DNA of 64,000 nucleotides. Source: Siphonobacter sp. (lineage in GTDB: Bacteria; Bacteroidota; Bacteroidia; Cytophagales; Spirosomataceae). This document shows positions 39,453 through 49,751 of this stretch, in pieces; the stretch's first letter is position 1, and each line of letters starts with the position of its first letter. The position numbers were made by a program, and so were the translations under genes. Under the pieces are notes generated by a model, which searched no databases, had not been told where the DNA came from, and worked only from the letters and a program-made list of their open reading frames with translations. The stretch spans positions 1,585 through 65,584 of the forward strand of contig JASGGE010000004.1 in assembly GCA_047605205.1 (NCBI GenBank), written 5' to 3'.

Positions 39453-39684
39453 TATGGAATCTGTTTGGTGAAACTTAGGTCAATATAGCAATTTAATGCC
39501 CAAAATTGTTCCTTTAATTTACTGACAGTCAAGTTATCCGGAAAAATAATTCGTTTACGCCTGAATAATTTCCTGACTGTCAAATTATTGATTTTATAAT
39601 AAAAAGTATATCCATCAATCGATCTTGTCTGCAAAACAATCACGATTAATGGATATGTACTAATGCGTGCTCGACTATTTTACG

Positions 39685-40158
39685 TTAGAATGGCAGATCG
39701 TCTTCGTCACTATTTCCTGCTAATTGAGAGGCGGATGGTGTTGCCCCTGGTGCTGCCGGACGAGGGGCCGGTACCGGAGTAGCGGTCTGTGCTAATCCGC
39801 CGCTGGCCAAGCTTTCTTCACTACGGATACTCCCCATTAAATTCAAATCCGTTACGCGTATCCGTAAGGCAGAACGCTGATTCCCATCCCGATCCGTATA
39901 TTCTTCCATTCGTAAACGTCCTTCCAAATACACCTGATCCCCTTTTTTCAGATATTGTGATGCGATATCGCTCAAACGTTCCCAGGCTTCAGCCCTAAAC
40001 CAGGTGGTCTGTTCCACTTTTTCGCCATTCCGTGTACTGTATGATTCTGAAGTGGCTACACTGAACTCCGTTACTTTAGCCCCACTGGGCAATGTACGGG
40101 TTTCAGGATCACGGCCAAGGTTCCCGAACACAATCACTTTATTGAATGTTCTTGCCAT
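39685..40158 (-). CDS. ssb: Single-stranded DNA-binding protein
   Basis: NKVIVFGNLGRDPE, KKGDQVYLEGRL, C-terminal DDLPF. ATG 40158. Confidence 0.96.
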   Translation of the reverse strand: MARTFNKVIVFGNLGRDPETRTLPSGAKVTEFSVATSESYSTRNGEKVEQTTWFRAEAWERLSDIASQYLKKGDQVYLEGRLRMEEYTDRDGNQRSALRIRVTDLNLMGSIRSEESLASGGLAQTATPVPAPRPAAPGATPSASQLAGNSDEDDLPF

Positions 40159-40261
40159 AATTATGTTAACTGGATTACAAGTAAATTTACATTTTTTAGT
40201 TAACAAATCAAATGAAAAATGAAACACTTTTCCCGACCGGTCACTAAGTAATTAGTGCTTT

Positions 40262-41314
40262 TTACTTAGTATAGTCCTTTAAATACTTTAGCACTAAAAC
40301 AGGCTTCGGAAGCTTGTCTATCTCCTCATAGTCATAAAATCTCAACCCTTCGGGTAAAATAATATCAGAATTAAGCTTTAGTCGCCAAAATTTGGTTTGA
40401 ATACGTTGATGAGATAACACGTGTGTATACAGCTGAGATTCGTTTACTAACGTCAGATTTGGTAACTGTTCTTTTAAAAAAGCGTTTTGAGCAACCCTTT
40501 CCCAATCTAATAGTTTGTTTTCTTCGATTAGCAAAAAGTCAAACATATTAATCCAGACGTCCTTTTGAAGACGCTCCCTTAATGCGAGCTCTCCATTTCG
40601 TTCAAATACCAGATAGTGAAAAAATCGCTCTTTGCTTTTGGTTTTTTTAGCCTTTACAGGCAATTGTGCCTGTTTACCAGTGGCATGGGCAGCACATTCC
40701 CAGCTAAAAGGACAAAACATACATTGTGGCGAAACCGGAACACACTGTATGGCCCCAAAATCCATAATGGCGTGGTTATACTTAGCAGGTTGTTGTCCTG
40801 AAATTAGTTCGTTAGCTAATGTAGTAAATTGCGTTTTGGCAGCCGGAGTAGTAATGTCCGTCTCTATACCAAAAATGCGTGACAATACTCGATATACGTT
40901 ACCATCCACTACAGCCGTTTTTTCATTAAAAGCAAAAGAAGCTATTGCCGCTGCAGTATAAGGGCCAATCCCGTTTAATTTTAATAACTCTTCATACGTA
41001 GTCGGAAACACGCCATTATACTCTTCAACGACCTGCCTTGCTGTATGATGAAGATTGCGAGCCCTTGAATAATACCCTAATCCCTGCCATAGACGAAGAA
41101 CCTCTCGTTCGTCGGCCGCTGCCAAAGCTCTAACGGTCGGAAAGGCCTCAACAAATCGATAATAATAGGGCATTCCCTGTACAACTCGGGTCTGCTGTAA
41201 AATAATTTCTGAAAGCCAAATCAGATACGGATCGTTTGTATGTCTCCATGGCAAGTCTCGTCCATAACGATCATACCATGCCAATAATTTAGGAGCGAAA
41301 AAATCGTTTGTCAT
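40262..41314 (-). CDS. mutY: A/G-specific adenine glycosylase
   Basis: SEIILQQT, GLGYYSRARN, HhH GIGPYTA, VDGNV, 4Fe-4S motif C-x6-C-x2-C-x5-C. Confidence 0.96.
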   Translation of the reverse strand: MTNDFFAPKLLAWYDRYGRDLPWRHTNDPYLIWLSEIILQQTRVVQGMPYYYRFVEAFPTVRALAAADEREVLRLWQGLGYYSRARNLHHTARQVVEEYNGVFPTTYEELLKLNGIGPYTAAAIASFAFNEKTAVVDGNVYRVLSRIFGIETDITTPAAKTQFTTLANELISGQQPAKYNHAIMDFGAIQCVPVSPQCMFCPFSWECAAHATGKQAQLPVKAKKTKSKERFFHYLVFERNGELALRERLQKDVWINMFDFLLIEENKLLDWERVAQNAFLKEQLPNLTLVNESQLYTHVLSHQRIQTKFWRLKLNSDIILPEGLRFYDYEEIDKLPKPVLVLKYLKDYTK

Positions 41315-41601
41315 TACCAGCAAATAGAAAAATAATTGCTCCAAAATGCAGTACCCGACAAGCTGTCAGGCTTTCCATTTACCTCGAAATTTAGATTCTG
41401 GTCATAGAAAAGCCGCTTCGGCCAAGGTTATATTTATGGGTTAAATAACTAAAAGTTAATAGGTTACAAAAAAAATATTGATCATTTATCTGGCAAAGTG
41501 TTTTGGAAATGAATTCAAACCTCTACTTTTGTGCCTCTAAAATTTTGAGCCTTAGGCACTTTCGCAATTAAAAATCATCATAAACCTTAAAGTTTACCAT
41601 A

Positions 41602-41901
41602 GTGACCAAAGCAGACGTGATCGCAAAAATCGCCGAAAAGACCGGCATTGATAAAGCTGATGTAGCTCAGAGCCTGGAAACATTTTTCAGCGTAGTGAAA
41701 GAGGCCCTCGTGGATGGCGAACCAGTATATGTTCGTGGTTTCGGCAGCTTCGTAAACAAAAAACGTGCTAAGAAAGTAGCCCGGAACATTTCCAAGAACA
41801 CCACTATGGAAATTCCTGAGCACTTTATCCCTAGTTTCAAACCAGCGAAAGAATTCACTGAGTCAGTAAAGAAATCCGAAAAAGCTAGCAGTGCTGTTTA
41901 G
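41602..41901 (+). CDS. HU family DNA-binding protein
   Basis: MTKADVI, VRGFGSF, ARNISK, PSFKP. TACTTTTG promoter element at 41524-41531. Confidence 0.95.
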   Translation: MTKADVIAKIAEKTGIDKADVAQSLETFFSVVKEALVDGEPVYVRGFGSFVNKKRAKKVARNISKNTTMEIPEHFIPSFKPAKEFTESVKKSEKASSAV

Positions 41902-42060
41902 TTTTTTCTTTTGACTAAAGGGATGTAACCAACTTAACATCTTTATTATATCCCTTTAGTCCCCCTTACGTTATGCATTGGGTGGGAGCAGGATTTAAGA
42001 AATGAACCGTTTTGACTTTAAAATGCGTTGCCTTCCTAAATCTAAAGACAAGTAAAGCCT

Positions 42061-42891
42061 GTGAAAAAGTCATTTATCATTCTTATTGGCATTGCTCTGG
42101 CAACTATTGGGGTGCTCTATAGCTTACCTAAAGTAGTTGTACAAGATGATAAACGACCAACTAAAGCTGCCCCAATGCAAGAGGCAAGTGCTGAAACAGT
42201 AAATCCGGCAACCGATACGCATCAGCAGCCCTTGTCTCCGCAACAACAACAGAGCATTGCAAAGGCAAAAGCCGCATTTGAAACTACCAAACCCACGGAA
42301 GAACGAATTCGGGCTGCGGAGCAGTTGGTGGAACTCTTTGCCAAAGCAACGCGGTTTGACAGTGCAGCCTATTACGCCGGAGAAGTTGCACAATTACAAC
42401 CAACCGTCGACCGCTTTTTAAAAGCTGGCGACCGCTATTATGAAGCCTTTACGTTTGCAGTAAATTCAGAAAAAGCTGCGACTTTAGGTGAAAAAACTCG
42501 GGATTGGTACCAAAAAGCCCTCGATCAGAATCCGAATTTGTTACAGGCAAAATCAAATCTTGCTATGACTTACGTCTCAACGACGAATCCAATGCAGGGA
42601 ATTGCTATGCTTCGCGAGATTCTGGAACAGGATCCGGACTTTGAACCGGCTCTATTCAATATGGGCATTCTTTCAATGCGTTCTAATCAGTATGAAAAAG
42701 CTGTAGGACGTTTTGAACGCATCCTGCGTAACCAACCCAACAATACCCGTACCATGTTTTATCTAGGCATCTGTTATGCCGAAATGGGACAAAAGGACAA
42801 AGCTGTGCCGCTGTTAAAAGAGGTACAGACAAAAGAGACTGACCCGACCATTCTGGCGGGTGTCCGGGAATATCTGGAACAGTTAAAATAA
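42061..42891 (+). CDS. TPR-repeat protein with N-terminal membrane anchor
   Basis: N-terminal hydrophobic helix, then TPR motifs (ALFNMGIL...YEKA, MFYLGICYAEMG..DKA). Confidence 0.85.
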   Translation: MKKSFIILIGIALATIGVLYSLPKVVVQDDKRPTKAAPMQEASAETVNPATDTHQQPLSPQQQQSIAKAKAAFETTKPTEERIRAAEQLVELFAKATRFDSAAYYAGEVAQLQPTVDRFLKAGDRYYEAFTFAVNSEKAATLGEKTRDWYQKALDQNPNLLQAKSNLAMTYVSTTNPMQGIAMLREILEQDPDFEPALFNMGILSMRSNQYEKAVGRFERILRNQPNNTRTMFYLGICYAEMGQKDKAVPLLKEVQTKETDPTILAGVREYLEQLK

Positions 42892-42992
42892 TTTTTCAAT
42901 TGGTTAACGTGAATCCTCAGGAATTTTGAGAAAATAAAGTATCGGCTCAATTATTCCTGGAAAACACAAAGACCGCTAAACTCATTTACAAC

Positions 42993-43082
42993 ATGCCCTG
43001 CGGAAAAAAACGTAAACGCCACAAGATTGCTACTCACAAACGCAAAAAGCGGCTCAGAAAGAACAGACACAAGAAGAAATAA
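42993..43082 (+). CDS. Small basic ribosomal protein, bS22-like (AURKAIP1/COX24/mS38-type), 29 aa
   Basis: Manual translation MPCGKKRKRHKIATHKRKKRLRKNRHKKK*; below the ORF-track length cutoff. Confidence 0.85.
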   Translation: MPCGKKRKRHKIATHKRKKRLRKNRHKKK

Positions 43083-43088
43083 TCTTTG

Positions 43089-43154
43089 GAGTGAAGAGTG
43101 AAAAGTGAAAAGTAGAAAAACTTTTCTCACTTTTCACTTTCAACTTTTTCACTC
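43089..43154. repeat. Heptamer tandem-repeat hairpin (AGTGAAA / TTTTCAC units)
   Basis: gagtgaa gagtgaa aagtgaa aagtaga..., followed by complementary ttttcac units ending in ttcactc. Confidence 0.75.
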
Positions 43155-43321
43155 GATTGGCTGGCCCAGCTGGGGTCCAGCCTTTTTGTGTATCCAGCCA
43201 TCCTGTTCTACCAGAGCAAAAGTAATGGCCTGCCGGAGCTACTCGTACAATTAATTGTGTGCGTTTTAGCCTAGTTTCGGGAAAAGGCCTGCTTTTCTCC
43301 AAAAACCTCTGAGCATCACCT

Positions 43322-44878
43322 GTGAGCAACGAATTAGTTATCAATTCGACTCCCAAAGGTGATAGAATCGCTCTTTTGCAGGACAAAAGAATCGTTGAAT
43401 ATCACTTTGAAGAGTCTGAAGAGCACTTTTCTGTGGGCGATATCTACCTCGGAACCGTTAAAAAACTGGTTACGGGTCTTAATGCCGCCTTCATAGATAT
43501 TGGGTACGAGAAAGATGCCTTTTTGCATTATCTTGACCTTGGGCACAATATCAATTCGCTGAATAAATTTACCCGGGATGTTATTGCGAAACGAGTAAAT
43601 GATGGGATGTTGAATGGCTTCGAAATGGAGCCAGAGATCGACAAACACGGCAAAATTGATAAAGTATTAGCCCGAAATGCACCCATTCTGGTGCAGGTTG
43701 TAAAAGAGCCCATTTCAACAAAAGGGCCTCGCCTTTCCTGTGATATCTCTATTGCAGGCCGTTTTCTGGTACTGGTTCCTTTCGGGCATTCGATTAATAT
43801 CTCGAAAAAAATTACCAGCAAACAAGAACGACAACGCCTTCATAGGCTCGTTCAGGGTATTAAGCCCGCGAGTTTTGGCGTAATCATCCGTACCGTAGCG
43901 GAAGGTAAGGAATCAGAAGAAATTGAACTGGATCTCAGAAGCTTATTAGCCAAGTGGGATGCCGGCATGAAGTTGCTTCGTGATGCGAAGCCCCGGGATA
44001 AAATAATCGGGGAAATGAGCCGGGCGACGTCCATCATGCGGGATATGCTAAATGATAATTTCGATAGCATAACGCTGGATAGTAGGGAAATGTACGAAGA
44101 AGTACGTTCGTATGTTCAGCAGATTGCTCCTGAGAAACAGAGTATTGTCAAATTTCACCAGGGTAAAAGCAAAGTATTTGAGCATTTTGGTATTGAAAAG
44201 CAGCTCAAAATGCTTTTTGGCCGCTCGGTAAGTTTATCAGGTGGTGGTTATCTGATTATCGAGCATACAGAAGCCCTACACGTTATTGATGTTAACTCAG
44301 GCAATAAATCCAATCAGGAAGAAAGCCAGGAGGATACCGCTGTTAACGTTAATATAGAGGCGGCCAAGGAAATTGCTCGCCAGTTACGTCTTCGGGATAT
44401 GGGCGGAATCATTGTCATTGATTTCATTGACATGAAAAAACCCGAAAATAAGAAGATGATTTACGATGTTATGCGGGAAGAAATGAAGCTGGACCGTTCC
44501 AAGTTTACCATTCTCCCCCTAACAAAATTCGGGCTCATGCAGATTACCCGGCAACGCGTGCGACCTGAGTTAACCATTCATACGCACGAAGTTTGCCCAA
44601 CCTGCGGAGGCACTGGTAAAATTTCAGCGAGTATCGCCGTTTCGGATATTATCGAACAGACGGTTGACTATATTCTGGGCAAACAGAATGAAAAAGGGTT
44701 ACGGGTAACTTTACATCCCTACTTATATGCCTTTTTCATGAAGGGATTTCCCTCTCGGCGAATAAAATGGTGGTTTAAGTATCAAACCTGGGTAAACCTG
44801 ATCCAAGACAGTTCATTGGGTGTAACCGAGTTTCATTTTTATAATAAGTCCGGTGAACCGATTGAAATTCACGCATAA
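43322..44878 (+). CDS. Ribonuclease E/G family
   Basis: S1 domain GDIYLG...AAFIDIG, KEPISTKGPRL, IDVNSG, LRLRDMGGIIVIDFIDM, CPTC.G.G. Confidence 0.95.
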   Translation: MSNELVINSTPKGDRIALLQDKRIVEYHFEESEEHFSVGDIYLGTVKKLVTGLNAAFIDIGYEKDAFLHYLDLGHNINSLNKFTRDVIAKRVNDGMLNGFEMEPEIDKHGKIDKVLARNAPILVQVVKEPISTKGPRLSCDISIAGRFLVLVPFGHSINISKKITSKQERQRLHRLVQGIKPASFGVIIRTVAEGKESEEIELDLRSLLAKWDAGMKLLRDAKPRDKIIGEMSRATSIMRDMLNDNFDSITLDSREMYEEVRSYVQQIAPEKQSIVKFHQGKSKVFEHFGIEKQLKMLFGRSVSLSGGGYLIIEHTEALHVIDVNSGNKSNQEESQEDTAVNVNIEAAKEIARQLRLRDMGGIIVIDFIDMKKPENKKMIYDVMREEMKLDRSKFTILPLTKFGLMQITRQRVRPELTIHTHEVCPTCGGTGKISASIAVSDIIEQTVDYILGKQNEKGLRVTLHPYLYAFFMKGFPSRRIKWWFKYQTWVNLIQDSSLGVTEFHFYNKSGEPIEIHA

Positions 44879-44915
44879 CAAAAAACCGTCTCAGATACTG
44901 AGACGGTTTTTTGTT
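44877..44915. terminator. Bidirectional terminator
   Basis: aacaaaaaaccgtctcag-ata-ctgagacggttttttgtt. Confidence 0.88.
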
Positions 44916-45823
44916 TACAGGCTATTTTTATCGAACCAATTCAGAATGGTTCGATCATATGTTTCATCAAACTTACGAGCAAAAAAATCACCAGAATTTT
45001 TTAGCAGCTCTAGATCACGCATTCCAAGTGGTACGGAATACCATTCTGATGGCCTTTTCCAGTGTGTAAATGTAAAATTATGATTTACGATCTCCCCTCT
45101 TTCTTCTTCCGTTGCGTTTAGTAACAAGGTTTGAAAAAAATGCTCGTCTGAAAGCAGCATATGGTTGAAAAATTCTTGAATCTTGGGGTTATTTTCGATA
45201 ATACTCAGAACAAAATCAGCAGCTTTCGGTGTTAATCTTACCCAATTTGAACCAAAATAAGGCTCCATATTCAGTGGCACCCTTCTTGGCAATGTAAATA
45301 GTCCTGTGCTTTTGAACACAAAATCAGTGATTCGTTTTAAAGGTTGCTCTGATTGGTAGGGATATTTTAGCCCCTGATTATAAGGTAAAAACAGATGATA
45401 TTTTTCAAGCCTTTCCCACAGATGATCGTGTTCAGTTCTATTCATTTTGGTAAAATGTACAAAACTTTTAGAACGGTTCTGGGCTAGAAAATTAATTAAC
45501 GTTTGCCTACTGACTAAAGGATAGTCCTGTCCACTTAAAAAGATCAAGTGATCATATTTATACCCCGTGTATTTTATCTCCCGGATGCTTTGTAAATAAG
45601 CTCTTACAAAATCGAAGTGCCCCCAACGGGTATGATAACGTTTTTTTATAAATGCAACATTGGGCAATAGGCTGAACTCTTTCTCAAACAATTTTATATC
45701 AGAGTGCGTATCAACGTGTATCCAAAACTTACTTTCATAACCAGATAACCGTTCTACTACTCTTCGAGCCTGGGCAGGAAGCTTGTGAACTAAAATTACG
45801 TATGCAATCTTATATTCTTTCAC
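44915..45823 (-). CDS. GT14 / Core-2-I-branching glycosyltransferase
   Basis: KIAYVILVHK, IHVD, WG.F, LSGQDYP, GSNW..LT, DEHFFQT, FARKF. Confidence 0.88.
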   Translation of the reverse strand: MKEYKIAYVILVHKLPAQARRVVERLSGYESKFWIHVDTHSDIKLFEKEFSLLPNVAFIKKRYHTRWGHFDFVRAYLQSIREIKYTGYKYDHLIFLSGQDYPLVSRQTLINFLAQNRSKSFVHFTKMNRTEHDHLWERLEKYHLFLPYNQGLKYPYQSEQPLKRITDFVFKSTGLFTLPRRVPLNMEPYFGSNWVRLTPKAADFVLSIIENNPKIQEFFNHMLLSDEHFFQTLLLNATEEERGEIVNHNFTFTHWKRPSEWYSVPLGMRDLELLKNSGDFFARKFDETYDRTILNWFDKNSL

Positions 45824-45828
45824 AGCAC

Positions 45829-46788
45829 CTATTTATTAATAATTTTCTTGATTAGCTGCCGTAACCCGGAAGGGACTAATGCTCTCACAAGGTTACCAGG
45901 TAAATACAGTTTGTAAGAATAGCCAACACGATTGATCGATGTACCTAAGTAATTACTTACCACTTCTTCTCCTGTTGCAATGTTTGTTACCTTTTGAATT
46001 GAAACCCGCTCTAAAGCCATATCCGTTCGCATGGGCCGGTAATAAGCACAGTTTTCAAAATAATAATGAGTAACCTGAGTATAGCGGGTTGAACCGGGCA
46101 TTGTGATCTTTTCGCCACCGTGTAAAAGATTAGCCGACCATATAAGAGCCTGACCTTTTTTAAGATTAAGTACTTTCTTATCCAGTTTTTTCTTTGTGAC
46201 TAGATCCTCCATAAAATCTTCGTAACGCGTATAGTACTTCGTTAACATTTCCTCCATGGAGGTACTGGCAGAACCTTTTAACCCTAAAATAGATAAGTCA
46301 TAAAAAGGTAACCGATGGCTCCCGGGGAAGTAATGTAAAGGGCCATTCCCATTATTCACGTCTTCTAAGGCAATCCATACGCCAGCGAGATAGCGTTCTG
46401 GAACAGAATTAAAATGAATCGAATCACTATGGGTTCTCTGTTGGCTACCGGTAGAAAAATTCAGGGTTTGAAAGGGAATCGGTTTACGCTTATAGAAGAT
46501 TTCGAGCAGTTGCATTACACGCGGAGCTGAGGCGATTTGTTTTATCGCATCGTGTCTTTCCCAGGCATCTTGCAGGCGATTTGTTTTCTGATTGTCAAAA
46601 TCGGGTTTAATGGCTTGCAGAACTTCATCTATCAAGCCTTCCTCAAGCTGCGGATCAAAAATGATGTACCCGTTTTCTGAATAAAACCGGGCAAGTTCCT
46701 TTGTTTCTGCATCCAGGTTTGAGGATTCCAGCTCGACTTCAAAAAAGGGTGACTCAACCCAGGGAACCTGAACCTCTAACGTTTCCAT
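45829..46788 (-). CDS. Phytanoyl-CoA dioxygenase (PhyH) family Fe(II)/2OG enzyme
   Basis: HSD (HxD), WIALED..NG.L...PGSH, LLHGG, distal Arg. Confidence 0.88.
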   Translation of the reverse strand: METLEVQVPWVESPFFEVELESSNLDAETKELARFYSENGYIIFDPQLEEGLIDEVLQAIKPDFDNQKTNRLQDAWERHDAIKQIASAPRVMQLLEIFYKRKPIPFQTLNFSTGSQQRTHSDSIHFNSVPERYLAGVWIALEDVNNGNGPLHYFPGSHRLPFYDLSILGLKGSASTSMEEMLTKYYTRYEDFMEDLVTKKKLDKKVLNLKKGQALIWSANLLHGGEKITMPGSTRYTQVTHYYFENCAYYRPMRTDMALERVSIQKVTNIATGEEVVSNYLGTSINRVGYSYKLYLPGNLVRALVPSGLRQLIKKIINK

Positions 46789-46861
46789 ACCTATTGTGAT
46801 TTTGAAGATTGTCTATACTCATTTATCTCTTCTTATCTCAATAGGTTATCAATAATCATCG

Positions 46862-49495
46862 TTACTTAACTGCTGTATACTTCCGGTGTATTAACTCCGA
46901 GATTAAGCCTGTCCAACCGGTTTGATGAGAAGCCCCTAACCCCCAGCCGGTATCGCCATGAAAATATTCATAGAACTGGAGATTATCCCGAAAATGTTCA
47001 TCCTGCCATTTCGTGTGTAGCCCAAATCCTATCCGTTTATTATCCTCTGTTTTTTGGAATATGGCGATTAGACGATTGGTTAATTCATCAGCCACTTCTT
47101 TCAAGGTTAACATCCGGGCAGACCCAACGGGGCATTCTACCGTAAACTGATCCCCGAAATACGCATAAAATTCCTGAAGACTTTCAATCAGCAGGTAGTT
47201 TACGGGTATCCAGACAGGCCCACGCCAGTTACTATTTCCTCCGAATAAGCCACTATCACTTTCGGCAGGTGTATAGTTTAGACGAAAAACGGTATCTGAC
47301 ATCGCAAATTCATAGGGCTGATCACGATACGCCTGGGAAACCGACCGGATTCCGTGCGGACTTAAAAACTCACCTTCGTCCAGCATTTTGTGTAAAAGTG
47401 CCTTTAAGCGGTAGCCACGTAAAAGGCTAAACAACCGTTTTGACGATCGGCTGACATCCTCATCATTTGGTTCAATATATCGAGAAACCTGATTAGCCAG
47501 GTCCGGACGATGCTGCCAGAACCATCGAATCCGGGCTAAAAAAGTAGGCCGTTTCTGTAACTCTTCAATGTTAAAGGTCTCTACGACAAAGAGCGGAATT
47601 AAGCCCACCAGGGTTTTCACCCGTAACTTTGTTACTTCGCCATTGGGTGTTCGTAATTGATCATAGAAGAAGCCGTCCTGTTCGTCCCATAAACCCGTTT
47701 CTGCTATTTGCGTCATGGATTGGGCGATATAAAGAAAGTGGTCAAAAAACTTCGTCGCCAGATCATCATAAATGGAATCGGTTTGAGCCAACTCCAGGGC
47801 CATTCGCATCATATTGAGAGCATACATAGCCATCCAGCTCGTTCCATCCGACTGCTCCAGGTGCCCACCTTCGGGTAATACAGCATTCCGGTCAAATACG
47901 CCAATATTATCCAGTCCTAAAAAACCTCCTTCGAAAATATTGTCTCCTGTAGCATCTTCCCGATTTACCCACCAGGTAAAATTAAGTAGTAGCTTATGAA
48001 AAACGGATTCCAGAAAAGCGGTATCTCTTTTCCCGGTTTTCTCCTGCTCTTTTTGATAAATACGCCATACCACCCAGGCATGAACAGGAGGGTTCACATC
48101 ACCCAGTGCCCATTCATACGCAGGTAACTGACCATTCGGATGGATATACCACTCATTGGTTAGTAACACCAGCTGATGTTTGGCAAAATCCGGATCAATA
48201 CGAGCCAGGATCAGGCAATGAAACGCCCAGTCCCACGCAGCATACCAGGGATACTCCCATTTATCAGGCATGGAAATCACCGCTTTATTCATAAGGTGTC
48301 TCCACTCATGATTTCGGCCAGCCATACGTTCAGCAGCCGACACTGACCCTGCCGGATCTCCTTTTAACCATTCATGAATGTCATAATAGTAAAACTGTTT
48401 ATTCCAAAGCATACCCCCCAAAGCCTGCCTCTGAATATTCTTTTCATCTGATGAAGCTTCTCCTGGGTGAATCGTCTGATAGAATGCATCTGCCTCCGCT
48501 ACTCGTTGTTCTATTATGGTATCAAAATCAGCAAAAGGCTGAGGGTGATCGGCCCCGGTCCACATACGTAGCCGAATAGATTGTGACCCTCCCGCCGGAA
48601 TATCCACCTGGTAATGAGCCGCCGCTTTTGTTCCCTCCCGTGCAGGATTAACCGAATCAGCCCCATGCAAAAGGGAATCGTTAATTCCGTCTTTGGGATA
48701 AAGAATATTAGTATCCTGATTATAAAGCCTTTTTGTATTGGAATCGTTATCACAAAAAAGCCATTCCGGCTCACCTTCCGCCTGGATAACATACTGCCCA
48801 AGCTCAGAATGATTTGCCAGAACCCGACCTTCCGCCTGAATTTTTAAGGTTGGCTTTTGTGACTGGCCTCTGTCATACCCCCATCGCCAGGTATTACTAA
48901 ACCATATCGTTGGAAGTATATGTAATTTTGCTTCTTCAGAACCGCGATTCCAGATGGTTACTTTCATCAGAATGTCATGTGGGCTGCCTTTAGCATATTC
49001 AACAAATACATCGAAATACTGATTATCATCAAAAATACCAGTATCCAGAATTTCAAATTCCGGCTCAAGTCGACTCCGCCGGCGGTTTTCTTCTACCAAC
49101 CGGTCATACGGGTATGCGTTCTGTGGATACTTATATAACATTCGCTGATACGCATGCGACGGCAAGGCATCCTGATAGAAGTAAAGTTCTTTTACATCTT
49201 CTCCGTGATTCCCTTCGTTGTTACCCAGCCCGAAATAACGTTCCTTCAGAATAGGATCCTGCCCATTCCACAAAGCCAATGCCAAACACAAAGACTGCTT
49301 ATGGTCACAAAAACCAGCTATGCCTTCTTCGCCCCAACGATATGAATAACTACGAGCCATATCATGAGTAGTATAATTCCAGGCATCTCCGTTTATACTA
49401 TAATCTTCCCGAACTGTTCCCCACTGACGATCCGACACATAAGGGCCCCAATGCCGCCACGCTGGCTCTTGCAAGCGATCTTGTTCTATACTCAT
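46862..49495 (-). CDS. GH63-like (MGH1-like) glucosidase
   Basis: WGPYVSDRQWGTVREDYS, MPDKWEYPWYAAWD, GGFLGLDNI, NSNWRGPVW, GASHQTGWT. Confidence 0.9.
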   Translation of the reverse strand: MSIEQDRLQEPAWRHWGPYVSDRQWGTVREDYSINGDAWNYTTHDMARSYSYRWGEEGIAGFCDHKQSLCLALALWNGQDPILKERYFGLGNNEGNHGEDVKELYFYQDALPSHAYQRMLYKYPQNAYPYDRLVEENRRRSRLEPEFEILDTGIFDDNQYFDVFVEYAKGSPHDILMKVTIWNRGSEEAKLHILPTIWFSNTWRWGYDRGQSQKPTLKIQAEGRVLANHSELGQYVIQAEGEPEWLFCDNDSNTKRLYNQDTNILYPKDGINDSLLHGADSVNPAREGTKAAAHYQVDIPAGGSQSIRLRMWTGADHPQPFADFDTIIEQRVAEADAFYQTIHPGEASSDEKNIQRQALGGMLWNKQFYYYDIHEWLKGDPAGSVSAAERMAGRNHEWRHLMNKAVISMPDKWEYPWYAAWDWAFHCLILARIDPDFAKHQLVLLTNEWYIHPNGQLPAYEWALGDVNPPVHAWVVWRIYQKEQEKTGKRDTAFLESVFHKLLLNFTWWVNREDATGDNIFEGGFLGLDNIGVFDRNAVLPEGGHLEQSDGTSWMAMYALNMMRMALELAQTDSIYDDLATKFFDHFLYIAQSMTQIAETGLWDEQDGFFYDQLRTPNGEVTKLRVKTLVGLIPLFVVETFNIEELQKRPTFLARIRWFWQHRPDLANQVSRYIEPNDEDVSRSSKRLFSLLRGYRLKALLHKMLDEGEFLSPHGIRSVSQAYRDQPYEFAMSDTVFRLNYTPAESDSGLFGGNSNWRGPVWIPVNYLLIESLQEFYAYFGDQFTVECPVGSARMLTLKEVADELTNRLIAIFQKTEDNKRIGFGLHTKWQDEHFRDNLQFYEYFHGDTGWGLGASHQTGWTGLISELIHRKYTAVK

Positions 49496-49740
49496 ACTTC
49501 ATACATTTATCTGACGCTACCATCAGCTCTGCATCCATTTTACTGAGAAAATCTTATAAAATGACAACCAGCAAACAAAAAAATCATATAACATGATAGT
49601 GCCACCTTCAAACCGACGGTCACCCCGGCACAAACCATTTCAATGCCCGCATAACATTATTCAGATCACTACCGACTACAAATAAGACATAAAAACCGCA
49701 CCCTATAACACTAACTAAGAAATATCCGACTGCCAACAAT

Positions 49741-49751
49741 CCCCCCCCCCC
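49741..49751 (+). repeat. Poly-C homopolymer (C11)
   Basis: Directly visible at the left edge of the AT-rich island. Confidence 0.8.

Noticed and set aside
41913-41961. 12-bp inverted repeat after the HU gene as an ncRNA or mobile end
   Set aside because: Single stem with a 25-nt loop; most simply a terminator or stability hairpin.
43089-43154. Repeat array as CRISPR
   Set aside because: 7-nt units without spacers and no cas genes. I saw no CRISPR array anywhere in the window.
43054-43386. 110-aa minus-strand ORF
   Set aside because: Antisense to the bS22-like gene, the repeat hairpin and the rne start; no recognisable domain.
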